DNA of 57,769 bases from Ruditapes philippinarum (lineage: Eukaryota), in assembly GCF_026571515.1 (NCBI RefSeq), contig NW_026866441.1, forward strand, positions 186,001 to 243,769. Reading direction: 5' to 3'. A program made the position numbers and the translations under genes. Below the pieces are notes generated by a model, which worked only from the letters and a program-made list of their open reading frames with translations, was not told where the DNA came from and made no database searches. Of the stretch, positions 38,607 through 52,210 are shown piece by piece; within the stretch, counting starts at the first letter, position 1, and each line of letters starts with the position of its first letter.

Positions 38607-39277
38607 ACTTAATGACAGCATTTACACCTTATTTTATCCGGATTAAATGCGACAAAATTGTGCATTAATTAACAAGCTTCATAATTACACTTTTATAGCA
38701 CGAAGAGCTTTAATTATCAAAGCTTTCAGTTTTTATCTATCGTTGTTAAAGCTTTATATGACTCTATTTCCATTAAAAACGAGAGACTTAGGCATCCGTT
38801 AGCACCTCATTTCATGCAATAAATAAGTGAACTTGCACAATAAAACAGAGTGATAAAATGATATTCAAAATTTAGAAACTGTTTCATATTGTAGAGAAAA
38901 ACCTACATGTTTGTGTCTATAATGAATACAGTGAGTTAAAATAAGAGATACTGCCACAATATCTAGTTTATACAATAAATACTAAGACATTAAAGCAGTC
39001 AAAATAAAGTAAGAATAGTGTAGGCAATTATAACTCTATATTGTCAGACAATAAATAACTAAATCAGCATGCAGAACAACTACAACAACAAAAACAATAA
39101 CAACAAAAATCAACAGTATTGACTTTTTCATTAACTAATAACGACATATTTTGTCAGCATAATAAATTGCCGCACATGTACTCATGATATATGTCTTTGT
39201 ACAATTAAATAACATCCATTTTTAAATTAGTTGCTGCAAAATGCAAAAGGAATAGACAATGAAAACAGATTTTCTTT
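38607..39277 (+). repeat. Old direct duplication C, copy 2 (about 300 bp of extra internal sequence)
   Basis: Shares the motifs listed for 36335-36682, in the same order. Confidence 0.75.
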
Positions 39278-40447
39278 TCATGATAAGAGTAATATTTCAT
39301 TTTCAACATGGAATGTCTTATAATTAAAATTTTGCGTTAAATAAACACACTGTTTAATTCTTAAACAGTGTTTTAATGTAGCCCGTATAAACAGAATTGT
39401 ACACATCATTATTTTTTCGATAATATCTCACTTTTCCTGGACTCAATTTCAATGTGATGAATAACACAAACCCATGACATTTTGTCAGTAATGATCCGTT
39501 CTTTTTAATAACCAGAGAAAAAAAAACTTTCAAAGTTTCTTTCCAATGAAAAGTAATCTCATTTAACAGAGTTTAAAATTATTAAAAATACTTTCAAGAA
39601 AAAGAATTTTACAAAATGTCTGGCAAAATAGCAAACAAATTGCGAAACACGCAGAAACATTCCATAATAATAATAATTTAAGATATTTTCTATTAGTTAA
39701 ATTTGCTTACACAATATACAATGATGGATATTGTATAAAAATCTAAGTTCTATCATATACAACCATAATATTTAATATATTAATAATGTAATGGTTATGT
39801 TTATTGCTATAAATTTTCTTAATTTAGATGGACTTTTACAAGATATATATTGAAATGGCCTCAAGCAAAAATTATCAGCATTTACTTACTATTTGTTTAC
39901 ATGTTGAGTTGTTTAGCGTTGGTTAGGCCAAAATATCGTATCCTTTGTGTGTATTCTTACTTTTGTGTTCAAGGTCCTTTTACGAAGACTGACGGAAAGG
40001 GGCACAATGTGGCGATTGACAGTTGATGATCTAAAGAAAGAAATAACAAGAAGGCATATTGATTTAAGTTTATCTTTTTCGATTAACAAATAACACTTTG
40101 TCTGTATATCGATAATCTACGGAAAAACACATAATATATACATAAGAAATTCAATAAAGATTTGAAAAAAATGCTTTACAAAGCATGTGGTGATCTTTTA
40201 CAAATGCATAAAATACAACACTTCTCAATTAATCAGAAAATTAAACAATCGGTGATCGGGTATGAATACAAATATCATTTGCCTTTATTGTTATCAAAAC
40301 CTTTGTACTGTTTATCCAGTATATTCAAATTTTGAATTAAATGCTGGTCTAATTTTGCAAAGATTGCATGTCCCTTTTTTGTGAAAGATGTTTTTGGCAT
40401 CCAATAAATATAATTATGTACATCTAGAGACGTCATAAATAAAGAAG

Positions 40448-40748
40448 TTAAGCGTTGGGTTGTTAAACCGGCGACCCGGGTTCGAGTCCCGAATAATACA
40501 ATTCACTTTCATTATGATTGATAATGAAATTATTTCTACGGTCATTTGCACTGTACCTCTGCGCTGGTATGTACAGAAGTAATATCAGTTCATTGCAATA
40601 GTGAAGGCACTGATACTAGTTACTACTGGTAAAGTGTTTGTTGGCAGCTTCTCCGGAAACGATTTTGTGGCTTAACTGTGCTCTGGTGAAGTAAAATTGG
40701 CTTACTGCCGTGATCCGGAGGGCAAAGTACCATATCAACCATCAAACT
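40448..40748 (+). mobile_element. 5'-clipped tRNA-derived SINE (Meta-SINE-like central domain) at the palindrome apex
   Basis: Perfect B box in CCGGGTTCGAGTCCCG (40476-40491); ATGAAATTATTTCTACGGTCATT central motif; ATCAACC-like tail; start of the A box missing. Family name from memory. Confidence 0.75.
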
Positions 40749-40970
40749 CCAGGTACATTGTGCATTATGACGGTCCACTTTTTTATTTCAAGACCTGTAT
40801 TCAAAAGTTTTTCGTCTATACTAATGCCGATCTAACACTTTAAACAAAACTGCCAAAGAATGTCATGGATTCCTAGGACAGAAAAGCTGAACAATTGCCA
40901 ACACATGTATTAAGGACGGAGATATTATTAGGCGTACATTTATCTAGAATTTAGACATATATTACCAAAT

Positions 40971-43900
40971 CTTCTTTATTTATGACGTCTCTAGATGTAC
41001 ATTCTTATATTTATTTGATACAAAAACATCTTACACGAACAAAGGACATGCAATCTTTGAAAAAATTAGTCCAGTTCTTAACATATTGGAAAGTGTACAA
41101 AGGTTTTGATAACAATAAACAAAGGCAAACGTTATTTTTTATCAGTATCACCGATTGCTTTATCTTCTGATTAATTGAAAAGTGTTTTATTTGTTAAATA
41201 AATACGCCTACTGTAACAGTCATTTCTTACTTTCATTGCTTTAGATAATCAGTGTCAATTGGCACACTGTGCCCCTTTCCGTCAGTCTTCGAATAAAAAC
41301 CTCGAACACAATAGTAAGAATAAAGAACAGAAATATTCGGGAATTTGGTCTTACCAACGGTAAGAAACTCAACATGTTAACAGATAGTTATTAAATGCTG
41401 AAAGTTGTTAACTAAGATTATTCCAATATATAACTTGCAAAATTCCACCTTAATTAAGTAAGGTTATAGATATAAACGTAACCATTACATTTTTAATATA
41501 TTAATTGCTATGGTTGTATATGGTAGAACTTAGATTATTTAAGCTTATTCTGTTCTGTTCTGTTCTTATTTAATTAATAGGAAAAGTCTTAAATAATTAT
41601 CTTGGAATGTTTCTGCGTATTTCACATTAATTTGTCTGTTATTTTGTCAGACATTTTGTAGCGATCTTTTTTATGAAAATACTTTTAATAATTTATAAAT
41701 CTTTTCAATGAGATTACTTTTCTTTAAAAAAGGCCCTTTAGAAGTTCTGATGTTCTTTGGTTACTTGAGACAAACGGATTGAAACGACATTTTCTTAACT
41801 AACAAAACAAACTTTTCATTGTACTCATTATCATTGCAGAAAAAATTACGAGGGTTTTTGAAATTGAGTGCAGAAAAAAAAGATATTACGGGAAGAAAAT
41901 TGATGATGTTGAAAATTCAGATTTCATGGGCTACATTGAAACACGGTTCATAAAACAGTGTGCTTAATTCTTCTTCCATCTATGCATTTTAATTAACATC
42001 ACGCCTTACAGTTAATTGAGGATGACGTTTTATTAACTCAAAACCCAATATAGCACTATATTGGACAATTTATTTCCTACTATCATTTCATATTATCATA
42101 CTTTTTATGTTATCGACATCAGCATGTTGTTGTTTGCGTTTCAGCTCGTTTTATTCGACCAGTTGTTCATATAAGCATATAAAGGGTTTTTTTTATTGTA
42201 GATGTAAGTTTGTTTATTCAAGAAAGTATTCTTGATTGCTTATGTGATTTAGCATGATTTTATTTATGTATTGGTATGTGATAATGAATATTGCAGAAGA
42301 CTGTATTCTTAATAATCTATTTATCATTGGCAGACCCCGAGGTTGTGGGGTTGCCTTAAGTTTGAGGCATACGAGTTTCAGCCACCGTTTATCCCTGCGT
42401 AATTGTAAGAGGCGACTGAATGGGTTAGACTAAATTGAGTCCCAGTAGATGAGAACACCAAAATATCATCTTTACTGTTTCGGCGCCCATTTGACCTAGA
42501 TTGTGTTGTTGCTCCATAAAACCAAATATAAATCATTAGAAGAAGCGCTGTGATACTAGTAGATTGATGAAATGAGCAATGTTTATGCAATGTTGTTCTT
42601 GTGGTCATGACATGTCGGGAAAAAAACAACAAAATTCTTTTGGTAACATTATATCTCTTGTAATTTCTAGTAACGAAGTTACGGTAATAAATTACAATCA
42701 CGGAGTTTTACCTTGGAATCAGTGTCATTAGAAGATTATTACAAGGCCAACAAGTCCCTGGTATTTCTTTTTGTTTACAGAATATTTTAGATTACATAAT
42801 AAACATAAAAATACCTAAGTAAACGTTGTCAATAAAAAGTATGAATTGACAAATAGGACACAGATATTATCGTTTTTCCGGAATAAGAATGGATGCCAGA
42901 AACAATATAAAGCATGTTTTGTGTTAAAACATATGATAGTCTAAACAGATACATAACAGAGGAACCAGAAAAACAAACTTCATTCATTTTTTCTTCTTTA
43001 ATGTCATGAAATAAAACAAAATATATTTATCCCCATACTCAATAAAGGAAATAGTCCACCAGATATCAAAACGTTTCCCCAAATAGTGCTTATTACCACC
43101 AAGAAGAAACAAATTATTTTTAAAAAAATAGCTAGCTGTTAAAATGGTTATTACGGAAAAACACGTATGTGATGAGATCATAGAACATGCGAATATAAAT
43201 GGCATTAATTTCTAAAAATGATTAAATGTCAAAGCTTTACTTTTCTTGTCTGGACAGTACCTGACAAAATTCTTAATACATTACGGACCAGTACCCCTTA
43301 TCTCTTAGAAATTGACACATTTAACAAATCACATAATGTCTAGAATTCAAAATATGTGATCAAAATCAAATGCTGATGGAAAGCTTTTAGAAAAGACGTT
43401 ATTATTAACATCATTTGACAAGTAAAGGACAGGTTGAGGAGAAATTGTAATTAAGTATGCCAGTTTGATGTGATTCAACGGTCTTATTACTGTAAAACCA
43501 GTTTAACCATACAAATAATTTCATATTCGAACCGAATTATTTGTACTGACATCCTTAACATTTTAAGTTTTGGATAAAAAAGAATTCCCCAACAAAATAA
43601 ATTTGAAACGCACTAAACATTATGTGAAAAGGACATTTATATATTTTTTTCAGTTATGCTCTGAACCTACGAAAAATAACAAAGAGCAATTACTCAAACA
43701 TTTTAAAAAAAGGAGTATGATTTAGGACAATTGCAAATTTCGTCAGTGAGATCTATCGATGTATGCAGTTTTAACAATTTATAGTTATGTTCCTGACAAA
43801 TGATTTATCAATTGTGTAAAGTTACAAAAGATATTACTCAATTATGAGATAATAAAGAATTTTGGTTTTTAAATACTGTACCCCTTACTAAGGCCTATCT

Positions 43901-44270
43901 ATGCATGTAGGTTTCAATTTTATACCTTCAATACTTTTTAGCAATATTCCGTCAATCAAAACTATATGGGCTGACATATACGGTATTTCAACTAACAGCT
44001 TAATACATTCCAAATTCAAACGATGTAATATCCAAGTGCAAAAATAATCTCTATTCTTTATGTTAAGATAATCATCCGTTAATCCGAATATCTATTTACC
44101 TTTCTCTATCGTTATAAAATTTGAGGTACACTTTGACACTCGGGCCAATAAATACCAAAATCTTCAAAATATTACTAAGTTAAACACCATCCTAATGTAA
44201 CACTTGGTTTAATTCTCCATACTATTATATATTTTTTGAAAGGAAATTGTTCATTACAATTTCGAAAGTA
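40971..44270. repeat. Right arm of the large inverted duplication
   Basis: Starts CTTCTTTATTTATGACGTCTCTAGATGTACAT, the reverse complement of 40416-40447; reverse-complement homology to the left arm once the left-arm-only blocks are removed. Confidence 0.9.
42333..42532 (+). mobile_element. SINE fragment (partner of 35638-35785)
   Basis: TTTCAGCCACCGTTTATCCCTG...GTAAGAGGCGACTGAATGGGTT...CCATAAAACCAAATATAAA. Confidence 0.6.
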
Positions 44271-45108
44271 CCTTATGGTAAAACAATGTCTACTTCCAAC
44301 GACAACGTACATTCAAAGCTTAGGAGATATCATTTGATCGGCTTAGTTTGATGATACTCTCAGCTTGATTTCCTGAAACAGGTTATAAAAATAAAGGACC
44401 TAATAAAAGAAAAACGAAACATGTTGTTTTTAACCAACGCATGATTAAGATAGGCAATCAATCTTCTACTTGATGAAAATTGTTTGTAATCATTCACTGG
44501 AAATTGTGTCTTTAGAAGACGGCATCCAATTTGTTTCTACCAAAAAACGGATTTCATCGTTTGAAACTAAACAGGTTAGGAAATATACCGTCATTAATTT
44601 CAAAATAGTAAAAATGATCAGTTTCATTTACTGGACAATAATTGTTTATGTCAAATAATGAAAGCTTTTAAATACAATCTCTTCGAATTAACAGAATACA
44701 ATTTTTATTCAAGACACATTTTCTGGCACGATCTTGCGTAAGATACTGTGAATAAATTATGTAAATGAAACATTTTAATTCCCCTGTTAGTGAAATGGAT
44801 ATAAAGACATTAGTTACAACGTTATAAAATGTGTTTAACCTAGTTTAAAATCAATCTTCGCATTGCATCTTTCCTCAACGTACTTATCAATTATGATAGA
44901 AGTTGTCTTCAATGAATTCTGTTATAAATAAATTAAATTATAGACATTTTATAGGGACGGTAAAGTATTAATTTTATAAATGCATCCGTCTTTCAGTCTG
45001 GCTGAAATATTTGCAAAAATTATCTATTATTCCTTGCTTCATTTGTCATCTAGGTTAAATGTCTAATTTATTTTACCAGATTTCTACCAGAAAGATATTT
45101 TACATGTA

Positions 45109-45286
45109 CAGTCAAACCTGTGAACAGAGATCATACATGGGAGAGACCAAGCATGGCCTGTACGGACAAGTGGACTTCATTTGGAAGTTACTATGTTCTT
45201 TTAAATCAATGAAGGGTTGTCGAGAATCAGCATTTATTTACAGGGGGTCCTTTATTCAGTTATGGTCATAAACACAGGTGTTACTG
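45109..45286. mobile_element. Tc1/pogo-type MITE, 178 bp
   Basis: TA-CAGTCAAACCTGTG ... CACAGGTGTTACTG-TA: imperfect 14-bp TIRs with a TA target duplication. Confidence 0.8.
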
Positions 45287-48200
45287 TATAACGTCATTTG
45301 AATTATCAAATTATTTAGACTCAAGACCAATTATCTTTGGTTTTAATAAGGTTCCAGAACTTATAAGACATAAAGCATGTGTTCAATTGTCCACCTTTTA
45401 TCTGGTTGGCACATTCACAGTTGTCTTTTAGTACTATCATTCTTTAAAAGAGTATATTTATATAATATTGACTACAATTAACCATATCTTCAGTCTATTA
45501 CTATAGTTCAATCATTTCCCATAAAGAAAATATAAATGTTGCCAAATGATAAATTGTAATGATGCGTTATACAAGATTTCGGAAGTGGTGAGATAGTTTT
45601 TATAATGGAACTACACACTTGTCTTCTTTTACGACAAAGCTTCAAATGTAAAAATATTTGTAATTTTCTGATATTAGACAAATTAGGCTTTAAGTAAATG
45701 TAACATCCGCATCATTTAGCTAAACTATTCCTATTTTCTATAAATAAGCAATTTTGTACCTTAGCATGTTTTTTCTTTAAATGTGTCTTTAGAAAGTTTT
45801 ATCTTGTTAAACCTAATCACGTGATGCGTATTATGTAGAGGTCGGGATGCAGTCTTACGCATGTAATCTTTCTATTGGAATTCAGAAACAATCAATTCAT
45901 TTCTTTCCGCCAAATTACAAAGGGCACTTCATCTAAATGTGTTGTTGTTTTTTCTAGTCCTTGTGGTTGTCTTGCTCCCTTAAATATTCCCCGTTTTAAA
46001 CAGTTGCTTAGATTGGTGGGAGATGTTCAACTTCTCAAAGACTCGATGACATTAATTATTATAATGAATATGAGTTCTTTATCATTTCAAAGTGCTTCCA
46101 ATAAATTCTATGTTGCTGTGCCTTGTTTTCTTTTTTCTAACCGTTTTTACTTTACGGAACGACAGTATATTAATTGTACAATTTGTTCCATAAACTTATA
46201 AACTATCACAAACATTTGCAGAATAATTGTTTATTCAGCCAGAAGCTGTTTGTCGCGGAATTACCTTCCTATAAAAACATAAGGAACAACTGAATAAAAG
46301 AAGGCTTCTGATTAGTTATTATCATTTTTTTCTCCTCACAGACGCCAAAAGAAATGTATAAGGTCGAGTGGCCCGGATTTAATGATAGAAATGCCAGGTC
46401 ACGATGGGTTGAGGATTATAATATAACGGAATTTATTTCTTTAGCCAGTCACTATCGTCTTTTCATTATTTTCTCCGGCAAAGTCCATAAGTCACAGTAA
46501 CTAAAAGGTGTTGCTATAAAACAAAGTAAGATTTTTAAAAAAAAACATAATTACATTAATTTTAGGTAGTTCAGTTAGTAGCATAGAATACGTTGTGCAA
46601 ACAATTATACATATATTTGGAAATAAATTTTCATTTCTGCAGTATGTTCATGCATGTTCTTACAAAAATGGCACTTTATTTTATTAATTCAAATTTCAGT
46701 TCAGTCTACATGTTTGCTTTAATTATGTTATTTTTTGTTATTTCACTTTAATTTGTCTTTTAATTAAAAAGAGAAAGACTAGTCGTTTGTTTAAAGTTTG
46801 CTTCTATTGAAAGTTATTTATAGCAACAAATTATAGGGCGTTTATAAAATAAGTATTACTACATGTATTATAATATGAATATCCAAACGTGGGATATTAT
46901 TCTATTTAAGTGATTAGGTTTTCAAATGGTAAGTTATATTTCAATTAATACAACTAAAAATGTATGTTCGGGGTTTAAAAAATACATTATCAACCCGGAC
47001 ATCTCTTTATTGATACACCCTTTTCTTGATAAGAAGTTATGCAAAACTGACTTGGAAATCACGCAAAACAAATAAACTAGTTTTAACCCCGCAAGAATAT
47101 CTTTTCTGTCTTTTTTTGTTCAAGAAAGTTCTTGTTTGTTTTGTATTAAAGAATATGATTAGACATTAATCCTTTACGATATTTTATTCTGTTTATATTG
47201 TGTAGAACTTGGCAAATGTAAAGAATTCTATTGTTCACAAAATAAATTTTAAGTTGTAGTTCAATAAGATGATATTGAATTATTTATAGATCAATTATTA
47301 ATAATCCAATGATTGTGCATTTTGTTGCCGTTGTTTTCTTGTTGCTGCTTTATTTATTGTTATTAAGCATTACAAAGAATTAAAAGAAATGTTAGAGATG
47401 TTACACATTACAAAATTAAAACGACATTTTCTTAAATATAAACATTTATTGGTATATGGTTAAAGTTTTCCCAATCAACATACAGTTTCATGTGCTTTTC
47501 ATTTTATATATCCGTTTGCGTACTTTTACAGAAAGCACACATCCTTATAGTGTAGGTTTAAAACGCGTACAAACATTATATGTTCTATATAAACTTTGAG
47601 TATGATAGATAAATATAATTTAGGATGACCACTTTCTATTCGTTTAAATGCAAATAAAATTGTCTTGACGTGAAGCATTCCTACCTTCGTCAATAGTTCA
47701 CGAAGACGCAAATAGAATTACTTAAGATGAGGGGGCACATATTTTAGATTCTAACTGTGTCAACAGTTAATTATTACGCGCGACTAACCATTTGCTTGAT
47801 TATAAAAATTTTCAATCAAAATATTAAATCTGTTTTCTTTAGATATATAAAATAATGACATGTATAACAATGTTATATATTTTCCTGCAATCGTAAAAGA
47901 AAATGTAAGACATTTCTATAAATAATAATTTAATTAGGCTAGCTACAGATGTATTAAAAATGTCTGTCAAAACATCCGAAAGAAGAAAGTTTGTATTGAA
48001 GCCGGTTAAGGAAACAGAAATTATTTCAATGTTGTATATCCTGTTCATTTGATGGTTGTTTGTCCAATGACAAAAAAAATGAAATGAAAAAAAAAATAGT
48101 ATCCAAAATATTGGAAGATTTTTAAAGAATATTAAACTTGACAACTTGATAAAATTTTAAAAATAGTAAAAGATTCAAATAATAATTTACATGTCATGTG

Positions 48201-48587
48201 CGATTAAGGACATATTTTACAGTACTTTTCACCTTATTTTTTATTGCGTTACTAATGCAGTACGGGCTATTTTTGCGTTTCTTTGCCCCTTTTTTAATTA
48301 ACGTGGATTACAAGTTCTGTTTGCACTGTGTAAATTATTTTCTTTGTTCATAATAGTTTACTTTTAGAGACATTTTCAGAAAATCCATGAAAATTAAAAT
48401 GAATCTGGAGGCGTGCTGCTTTAAGCTTTCTACACTATCATGGTTGTAATTTATATATTGTAATTTGATTGTAAATATGGATGAAGAAATAGATATTCAA
48501 TCTTTCTATTCATGTAAAAAAAATTTAAAAAATGCCGCTTCACGAGATGGCATCTCAGCATGATAATTAACGTTATATTCGTTCTTG

Positions 48588-48627
48588 CTCAATAAAACCG
48601 GGCCTGCAACATTTTTAATTTTGCCGT
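48588..48627 (-). repeat. Partial copy of the ~140-bp unit
   Basis: CTCAATAAAACCGGGCCTGCAACATTTTTAATTTTGCCGT matches 51567-51607. Confidence 0.7.
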
Positions 48628-49119
48628 TCTGTACGTTTTCTTCTCTCTCTTTAATATTGTGACATTTGTCTCATGTTAGATCAGATCAGTATTATCTAAT
48701 TGCTGTCAAAATATGTCAACTTTGCAAAATTAGCATGCAAATGTCACGCTTTTGTATTCCATAATCAAAACATTTATCTGCAAATCTCTTTTAATGATGA
48801 ATTTTAAAATAAAGGCCTTTAGATATTTGACTTCATTAACCAATTTTCAGACCTCTAATTTAGGTCATTAGGCGACAAATAAAGAAATAAAGAAATGAAG
48901 CGACCGTGAGTCGATCACACAAATTTGTGTCACAGCATATAAAAGTAGGCGGGGTAACATTCAATAAAAAATGTGTCTGCTTAATAACTAACTATACAAT
49001 GACGTCATTCAAAAGTTGTAATGAAATACTATTTACTAGTCTATTCTAGTTAAAGTAAAGCAATCTGTTTTCTTTGATAACATATAGTGACATCAGTCAA
49101 CTGAGCTTTTATTTTCCCA

Positions 49120-49141
49120 AAACAACAACAACAACAACAAC
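49120..49141. repeat. (AAC)n microsatellite
   Basis: AACAACAACAACAACAACAAC. Confidence 0.9.
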
Positions 49142-51377
49142 CTAATCAAAACCAATTTTAAAACATACATGAAATCAGTCATTTACTGCAAAGAAACGAC
49201 GATATATCATGATATTAAAAATTTTACAAAAAAAATTTTCTTGTCTTAACATTATTTTATGATATACATGTATATGATATATATTTAGGATATATGATAT
49301 AACTTAGCGTTCAAATAATGGACATTGCATTAATTAAAGCGATTAAATCAGTTATGATTAACATATGTATGCTGCATATACATATATATAATTACTTGAA
49401 TAGAAGTAATTTTGTAGTGCTAATTCAAGATAAATGTTGATTACACATATACTTATGTATAATATGTTTGCATTTTTCTTTAAGTTTTGGAAAATATTAA
49501 AATCAATTTATAATACCAACAATTAGATACTTTAATAAACAATACTTAAAAATAATAAAATCATTACGTTATTTATTTTTTATTAACTAGTTAGTCATTA
49601 ACTGGATGTTTTTTCTGTTCCACGATTTAAAAAACCAGTATCTCATGTCAAAAAGTTTTATAGCACTTCCAATAACCACGTAGTATGTCAGGTACTAATT
49701 GGAAACGCAAAGGATATGACTGTGTTAAAAATTCCGCATTATCTACAAACAGTGAGATAAATAACAGATACTTATAGTGTCAAGGTTCATAAATATTCCC
49801 TTGGATTTACTGTTTATCAACAGGTACGATTACCACTTTATCAGTCAATTGCAAGTAAAAAAATTATCTTAAAAATTATTCTTAAAACAATTTTGCTATA
49901 AACATAATTATGACATAATATCATTAATTATCGTTTTGCTTTAATGAAAGGATATTTACTTGAATCAACACCGATACAGCAGTTGCAGTATCATTTGTAT
50001 ACACATATAGCATGTCAAATATCTTAAAAAGACAGGAAAATCATATGTGCTTAAGAATATTATCAGACTTTAATGATAAATGTACCTTTCATAATTGAGA
50101 TTAGGTAAATATATCGATTGTCATAATATTACTCAAAAATAAAAGTACACAATACGTTGTATAACGTTAACTTGCACAAACTTATTTTATAGCAATTTCG
50201 TAAAGTTTCAAATTTGATCTGAGTAATTTGGCTAGAGTTTTTTTGCATTAAATTTGGTTGAAACTTTCTTTTTATTTACATTAAAATATGTTCAAAACAT
50301 TACTTTCAGTCATCTTAAGGGCACATTGTGCCTCATTAATGAAAAAATAATAACTTTTTTAGAAATGCAACAGATGAGTTTTAAAACGTTTAAATATCAA
50401 ATATGGTTTAAGAGCATGAATAAAATATCGCTAAATGTAAAGTAATTTCTATACATATCGGTAAAAATAATGGGTCGGTAAAGCTCAATTCTTAAAAAAA
50501 AAGAATGGAACAGTCTTTTTATAATATTGGTCGTTTTCAATAAATATTTTTCATTATCAATTATTGGGCAATCACAATTACACAATTACAATAGCCAATC
50601 TTCTGAAATATATTGCTAATTCAACAGTAGTCTCAGCTTGACAGCAATTAAAATGAGCATAATGTCACTTTCAAGGTTTTTCATATTTTTTATTATAATA
50701 TTTTGCCTTTGTCTATGGATTTTCAAATTTTATAAACACAAAAATTGTATTAGCATGAAAACTATATATAGGTTTCAATGGTTCTAAAAATATAATAAAT
50801 TCGTTATCTTGTTATACCTTGGCGATTGATAAAATGTTTGGAAATTTTAAACCAACTTTAAGCAATTTTATGGTAATTATAAGAATAGAGCACGTAAAAA
50901 TGATAGCAATTATAACAGACTATATACTTTTCTTGTCTGATAAAAACTTTATTTCATTCAATTTAGCTTATATGTGCCGATAGATATATAAAATAGAAAG
51001 CGGAACAAAAGAAATAATTGGACAATAAGATTAATACTTTATAGCAAATAAATGACCGATTAAAAAAATTGGGTACCATTTAAGAAAATTGGGGAAAAGT
51101 CTGAGTCCGTAATAAATATTGATATTTCATTGTAAGTGGAGATGTGAATTCATAGAAGTATAGCTGTCCTAAATTATTTGTTAAAACCAAAAAAAATGTT
51201 GAAACGCAAAAATAATCACTTTGAATTAAGTTTACGGGCTGAATTTAAAGAAATAACAGTGAAATATAAGATAAACTGATTGGAAATATAGCTTTCACGA
51301 AAAAGATGCTGTTGAAAGTTAACACATCCTTAGGTTTACTACCCAAATGACCGTGACAACAAACGCAGGACAATTCT

Positions 51378-51644
51378 GAAAATAGAAAAATAAGAATCCC
51401 CAAAGAATATCAAACACGTCAAAAATTAAAAATGTTGCAGGCTCGGTTCGATTGAGCCTGTTCATGGACGGTACTAGAAAGTGCAAACTACCCTCCACGC
51501 CCCCTAGCACCGGTGTTAGGGGGCGTGGACGATAACTTGCACTTTCCAGTACCGTCCATGAACAGGCTCAATCAAACCGAGCCTGCAACATTTTACAATT
51601 TTGCCGTGTTGGGCTTTCTTTAGGGATTCTGTTTTTTCCATTTT
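51378..51644. repeat. ~270-bp spacerless palindrome made of two fused ~135-bp units
   Basis: Symmetry centre CACC|GGTG at 51511/51512: CCACGCCCCCTAGCACC-GGTGTTAGGGGGCGTGG; the arms share TGTTGCAGGCTCGGTT.GATTGAGCCTGTTCATGGACGGTACT. Confidence 0.92.
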
Positions 51645-52210
51645 GGTAAAGTAAAATATAATTAGAATTATATAAAGAAAATTTCTTCGTTGTTGCATAA
51701 AACAAACTGAAATTGAAATTAATTGTAAGCCAGGTCAGGTATGAAAACAAAGTGATTTTTTGTCCCGCCATGGAGTCTAATCCATAAAATGACCAAACTT
51801 GACTCTGACCTCAATGTTTAAGTACAAGTGCTACTTATCTCGGAAAAGCTAAAACTGTTCGATATCTGAAACATAAATTAATTTGTGTGATAGTTTTACA
51901 ATGATAAATTATTCACCACTTTTCTCACTATTTACCTTTCTTGTTGTGAATACTCCCGTTATGTCAACTTTAATATCTCCACATCGCTTGAATAACGTAA
52001 TTAATGATTTCGACAACCAAAACAAATCTGTAAGTATGACGTTCTTAAGACTCCGATTAATATTGAAAACACTACAAGATTCTATTTGGAACTTGTTGTT
52101 ATTGTTAGCCTTAAAGACACATTTGTCAGATTCTGAGAGTTTGGGAAGCATTACAAGAATAAGTTTTTAAAAATAGAATTGATTATAAGTAACCAAGTAA
52201 CCGTAAACAA

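Larger units (their letters stand above)
31330..40447. repeat. Left arm of a large interrupted inverted duplication (partner 40971-44270)
   Basis: Reverse-complement matches in mirror order: 31628-31697/43881-43950, 33127-33190/43209-43273, 34940-35026/42983-43068, 36000-36096/41998-42095, 39340-40447/40971-41965. Confidence 0.9.

Noticed and set aside
51495-51528. CTAGGGGGCG as a CTCF site in the 140-bp unit
   Set aside because: Only a partial match to the CTCF core; cannot be supported without motif scoring or ChIP data
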